Origin: Tubiluchus corallicola
Taxonomy: Eukaryota > Animalia > Priapulida
NCBI GenBank assembly: GCA_030141605.1
Contig: JAQGDQ010001137.1
Span: 1 to 59,906, forward strand
Direction: 5' to 3'
Length of the DNA stretch: 59,906 nucleotides
In this document: in pieces, positions 1 through 59,906 of the stretch
Numbering within the stretch: the first letter of the stretch is position 1
How the letters are laid out: each line of letters starts with the position of its first letter
Program-made: the position numbers and the translations under genes
Notes under the pieces: model-generated
Seen by the model: the letters and a program-made list of their open reading frames with translations, nothing else
Databases searched by the model: none
What the model was told of the DNA's origin: nothing

Positions 1-157
1 CGTACTTGTAAATCCTTGTACGAAAGCAGGGTACATGACGGTACTGTGCTCTTCACAGTTCCAGTGATGTGGTGCTATTGCACGTACTTGTAAATCCTTG
101 TACGAAAGCAGGGTACATGACGGTACTGCGCGTTTCACAGTTCCAGTGATGTGGTGC
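1..157. repeat. 82-bp tandem duplication, truncated by the window start
   Basis: cgtacttgtaaatccttgtacgaaagcagggtacatgacggtactg at 1 and 83. Confidence 0.85.
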
Positions 158-1105
158 CAAGATAATTGGCTGTAAATGATTTAATCATGGCCGCCTTTCA
201 TCTGCAAGAAATAAGTTATTTGAGTGACCGTAACTGAACTACCACACTGTTTTACGTAACATTAAAGTTATGTAAGCAGCACCCCCACTAATCTTAGCTA
301 AGAGCCACCATTGATTGTTTCTCTAGTTTTAGAGTTGCTGATGTTTAACAGTAGAATAAGTACTGTCGCTCACACAGTTTGTTGTCAGTTGTCTGTGCTT
401 ACCGTGAATCAAGCTTGAGCTGTGACGATTTAGGCCATTAGTAAGCAAAAAATATTTTTGTTTTGGATTTTATCAAGTGTACGTAAATGTAGCATGTGTG
501 TTTAAAACATAAATTATTTAATAACGGACGCCTTGCATCCCCCAGAAATAAGTTCTGTGACTGTAAGTGAAGTAACAACAGCTCAATTTTTCACAGTTGC
601 ATGTTAAGAAAAGAGGCCGTTCAACACCCGATCTTCAAATATAATTACAACATTAAAATTACACGTTTGTTACGTTTTACACAGCATTAAAACGTTGGCT
701 AAAAATTTTCTGAAGTGGCGCCCTGAATAATCTTAGCTACGAGCCGCCATTGACTGTTACTCTAGTTTTAGAGTTATTGATGATTGTTTAACAGACATTT
801 GTAGAAAATTTTCAACCTTTTTTCTTATCTCATCAGAGCGCAAAGGTTACTTACGATTTTGTCTGGTGTATCTTACTGGTCACCGGGTTGGCAAACCTAC
901 ATTAGCTCCTGCGTTATCAGGAAAGTGATTTAAACTTGATGCCAAACAGCCGCTTCTGTAAGCTTTGACATCTCACGTTTGTCGGTCTGTGAAAATCAAT
1001 TGTAACCAAGTTATAACGAGTTAAAATTCTATCGTCCATTTAATCACGAATTGTGACATTTTTTAATTATTAAGAGATTATATGAAACTACTAGTTCTTG
1101 CATTA

Positions 1106-1221
1106 AGCCTTTTGACGCTTTCGTTGTGTGCACATGCAGTTGCCGTAGGTCAAAGGGTAAGTGTACCACAGCAACGCGTCACCTGTCTCGTGACATGTGA
1201 GTAAAGCAAAGCGGTATCACA
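1106..1221. mobile_element. MITE family A, one arm only
   Basis: agccttttgac...gtaggtcaaagggtaagtgtaccacagc...gtaaagcaaagc is similar to the copies at 1912 and 29434. Confidence 0.7.
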
Positions 1222-1266
1222 GAAAAGTACTTGTATTGTGGTAGGACCGGTACTAAGGCATCTTAC

Positions 1267-1382
1267 CTTCAGCATCCAATAACCTAGGAATGCCCAGCTC
1301 TTTTTCGGCGACGTCAAATGCATTGTTCAGGTTTTCTACATGTTCCGTCGGATTCAACTTTTCATATTCGACCAAGTCGGGC
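1267..1382 (-). pseudogene. Inverted copy of a beta-spectrin CH2 (actin-binding domain) exon: [38 protein letters not shown]
   Basis: Minus strand ttacttcag|G CCC GAC...GAA G|gtaaga; 116 nt, open, phase 2-1; typical CH2 motif [21 protein letters not shown]. Confidence 0.85.
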
Positions 1383-1911
1383 CTGAAGTAACAATGTTAA
1401 CCCGAAGTTTAACATTACGAGTAAAAGAATTACACACCTTTTCATTCTGTACTGCATAATATGACCATACTTAAAAGCAAATGCATCATTTCAAAATGTA
1501 AGTTGCTTTTGACAGAGTCTCAAATTCACTATTAGATAATAAATAAACATCATTTACATGCAGAATATGACTACGTTCAGCATTTACTATCTAAAAATAA
1601 ATGTAAATGCTCTAACCTATGAGCATGAATGAGAGCATTGAATCCCATTCCGTCCCGCCAGGATCCGCTAAAGTCTCTAATATCACAGTGTTGATGCCTT
1701 GAAAGAACAGATAGATTTCATTATTATAAGTGCTAATCAGACAGGTAATTACAGGTAATAAATGCACCGTCAATGAGTGCCATCTATTGGAGACATTAAC
1801 ACTAAATAAACAAGTAATTTGAAGTAAACGTAAAGTCATATAAGATATAAAGTGCAGGCATGATACAAGAAACATCCTCAGAACACGATTTGTATTCGTT
1901 CCAAATTAATG

Positions 1912-2635
1912 AGCCATTTCAGAGTTTCGTTATGTGCATGCACAGTTGCTGTAGGTCAAAGGTTAAGTGTACCACAGCAAAGTGTATGTCACGTGACATG
2001 TGGGTAAAGCAAAGCTGTCTGCCACATCAGTTCAGTAACTTTCATTGTTTTACGTGGATTTTACGTAATTATGCATTAGTCTGTGCGTAGAGTGAAATAC
2101 TAGCAGGATCTTGCTTAGGAACAAGAAAAAATCAACTAGGTAAAGTTCTAGCTAGCTGTTAAAACATGTTAAACTCCTTTCATCGGAAGAAAAATTTGAG
2201 CAGCAGTGAGGTGCTTCAAGCTTTCCAGAATATTACGTATTTGTTTCTCTGTTATAAATAAAACCAAATAAACCGTCGTCCATCTTACTTGGGTGGTTTC
2301 TCTACAAGTCTATACTCTTTGAACTTGACCAGTTCATGCTGTATGCCGTCCATACTGTTAGGAAAACGACGGTCATTCAGTAACTCGAACTTACGATGGA
2401 TCCACTCCAGTAAATCGGAACTCATTCGTTCGTAATCGTCCTTCGCTTTGTCAATGTCCATCAAGAAATTCACTATCTGCAAACAAATGTGGATAAAACA
2501 TTTAATTGACTCAGCAGCATCTCTTTTTCTTCAGCATCACGCATCATCACATCATCAACACAAATGTGTTGTTTGGTACACTTAACCTTTGACCTTTTCA
2601 CGATCAACATCAATGGCTGGAACTGTGAAAAGGCT
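1912..2635. mobile_element. MITE family A copy (TIR about AGCCTTTTCACAGTT) whose centre is replaced by 386 bp containing a spectrin exon
   Basis: Arms 1912-2171 and 2558-2635 align with the uninterrupted copies at 29434-29820 and 13904-14290; ends read ttaatgagcc...ggctcattaa. Confidence 0.8.
2289..2476 (-). pseudogene. Inverted copy of the beta-H spectrin repeat-1 exon: IVNFLMDID...LLEWI...FPNSMDGIQ...YRLVEKPPK
   Basis: Minus strand tttgcag|ATA...AA|gtaaga; 188 nt, open, phase 0-2; first-repeat motif of beta spectrins. Confidence 0.87.
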
Positions 2636-2913
2636 CATTAATATTACACTGATGGTTTAAGTGAAACAGAAACGTTTCACAAAGCAATGGTCCAAAAAGT
2701 CCGAAACTTAATTTCACCTTATTGGTACCTGGTTGTGGATTTACAAAGCTTATTTCCAATAACAGAAATCTTTAATCATCATATAAGTCATGCCTCAGTT
2801 AACTCACGAAAGTGCTTTTTGCCTCGAGTGATTTTAACCATCTCACTAGACAGCCATTAGACAGAGCAAGATGTGTTAACAAATGATATATTAGTTTATT
2901 CATTCTTTTCTAG

Positions 2914-58974
<56,061 letters not shown>

Positions 58975-59002
58975 GTGAGTGATTTGATGATTATGATCTC
59001 AG

Positions 59003-59412
59003 TGTCATGGCAGCTTTTAGGTAAAATCAGTGGCATAGCTGTCATGGCAGCTTGTAGGTAAAATTAGTGGCATAGCTGTCATGACAGCTTGTAGGTAAAA
59101 TCAGTGGCATAGCTGTCATGGCAGCTTTTAGGTAAAATCAGTGGCATAGCTGTCAAGGCAGCTTATAGGTAAAATTAGTGGCATAGCTGTCATGGCAGCT
59201 TGTAGGTAAAATTAGTGGCATAGCTGCCATGGCAGCTTGTAGGTAAAATTAGTGGCATAGCTGTCATGGCAGCTTGTAGGTAAAATTAGTGGTATAGCTG
59301 TCATGGCAGCTTGTAGGTAAAGTTAGTGGCATAGCTGTCATGGCAGCTTGTAGGTAAAGTTAGTGGCATAGCTGTCATGGCAGCTTGTAGGTAAAGTTAG
59401 TGGCATAGCTGC
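59003..59412. repeat. 37-bp minisatellite, about 11 copies
   Basis: Unit tgtcatggcagcttgtaggtaaaattagtggcatagc. Confidence 0.95.
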
Positions 59413-59726
59413 TTTGGAAAATGCTTACTATTGTTTTAATATTGTGTAAGACAGAACAGACGTATGTAATTTTCATGTTGTTATTTGTTATTGTAATTTT
59501 AAACAAACAAACTTGGAAAGTTTGTACACAAACCTAATAAATCCTAAACAAAAAAGACATTTTACTTACTACTAGCCTAAATTGTTACAGTTCAAGTTAA
59601 ATTAATCTAATTAACTAATTTGTTAAGTTAATATAAGTTCAAATTGATCCATTCATTTAAAAGCACAATCCATTCTTCTTCTTTTACTTTGCGCAAAAAG
59701 ATTAATAATTTTATCCTTGATCGACA

Positions 59727-59870
59727 CTGAGTGAGTGACAGTACTTTCTCTACCTAGCGTGCAACATCTTATCACAGACATAGACATAGAGTGAGCGACA
59801 GTGCTCTCTCTACCTAAACATAGACACAGACGTAGAGTGAGCGACAGTGCTCTCTCTACCTAGACATATA
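59727..59870. repeat. Degenerate tandem repeat x3
   Basis: gagtgagcgacagtgctctctctaccta is repeated. Confidence 0.7.
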
Positions 59871-59906
59871 CACCGGACATGCACATTACACCAGACCGCA
59901 TAGCGC

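Noticed and set aside
855-986. Minus-strand exon-like unit as another spectrin coding exon
   Set aside because: Stops in all three frames and no spectrin motif; kept only as a possible terminal or non-coding exon
1986-1999. GTCACGTGAC palindromic E-box (also at 14195 and 36105) as a regulatory site
   Set aside because: It is simply part of the MITE family A consensus; no independent evidence of function

Overview
Eukaryotic DNA from an invertebrate metazoan, AT- and repeat-rich. The + strand carries 27 consecutive internal exons (2914-58974, about 4.4 kb coding, about 14 spectrin repeats) of a beta-heavy spectrin (karst/sma-1/SPTBN5-like). Both gene ends lie outside the window, and one exon has an apparent +1 frameshift. 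The main finding is nested antisense in the first complete intron: an intronless 794-aa ankyrin-repeat + cGAS-like (Mab-21 nucleotidyltransferase, cGLR) gene with intact catalytic motifs. It is bracketed by the left and right TTAA-flanked termini of a piggyBac-like MITE family, which makes it a candidate mobile immune-sensor cassette. Just upstream, two N-terminal beta-heavy-spectrin exons lie inverted and out of order, one of them inside the arms of a second MITE family. The introns also hold a twister-ribozyme-headed mini-RTE with target-site duplications (TSDs), an inverted pair of minimal hammerhead motifs (Penelope-like), a 5S-rRNA-headed SINE-like chimera, a read-through Helitron, and many minisatellites, several of which amplify splice sites or transposon ends. 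All calls come from reading the sequence by eye; no database searches were run.
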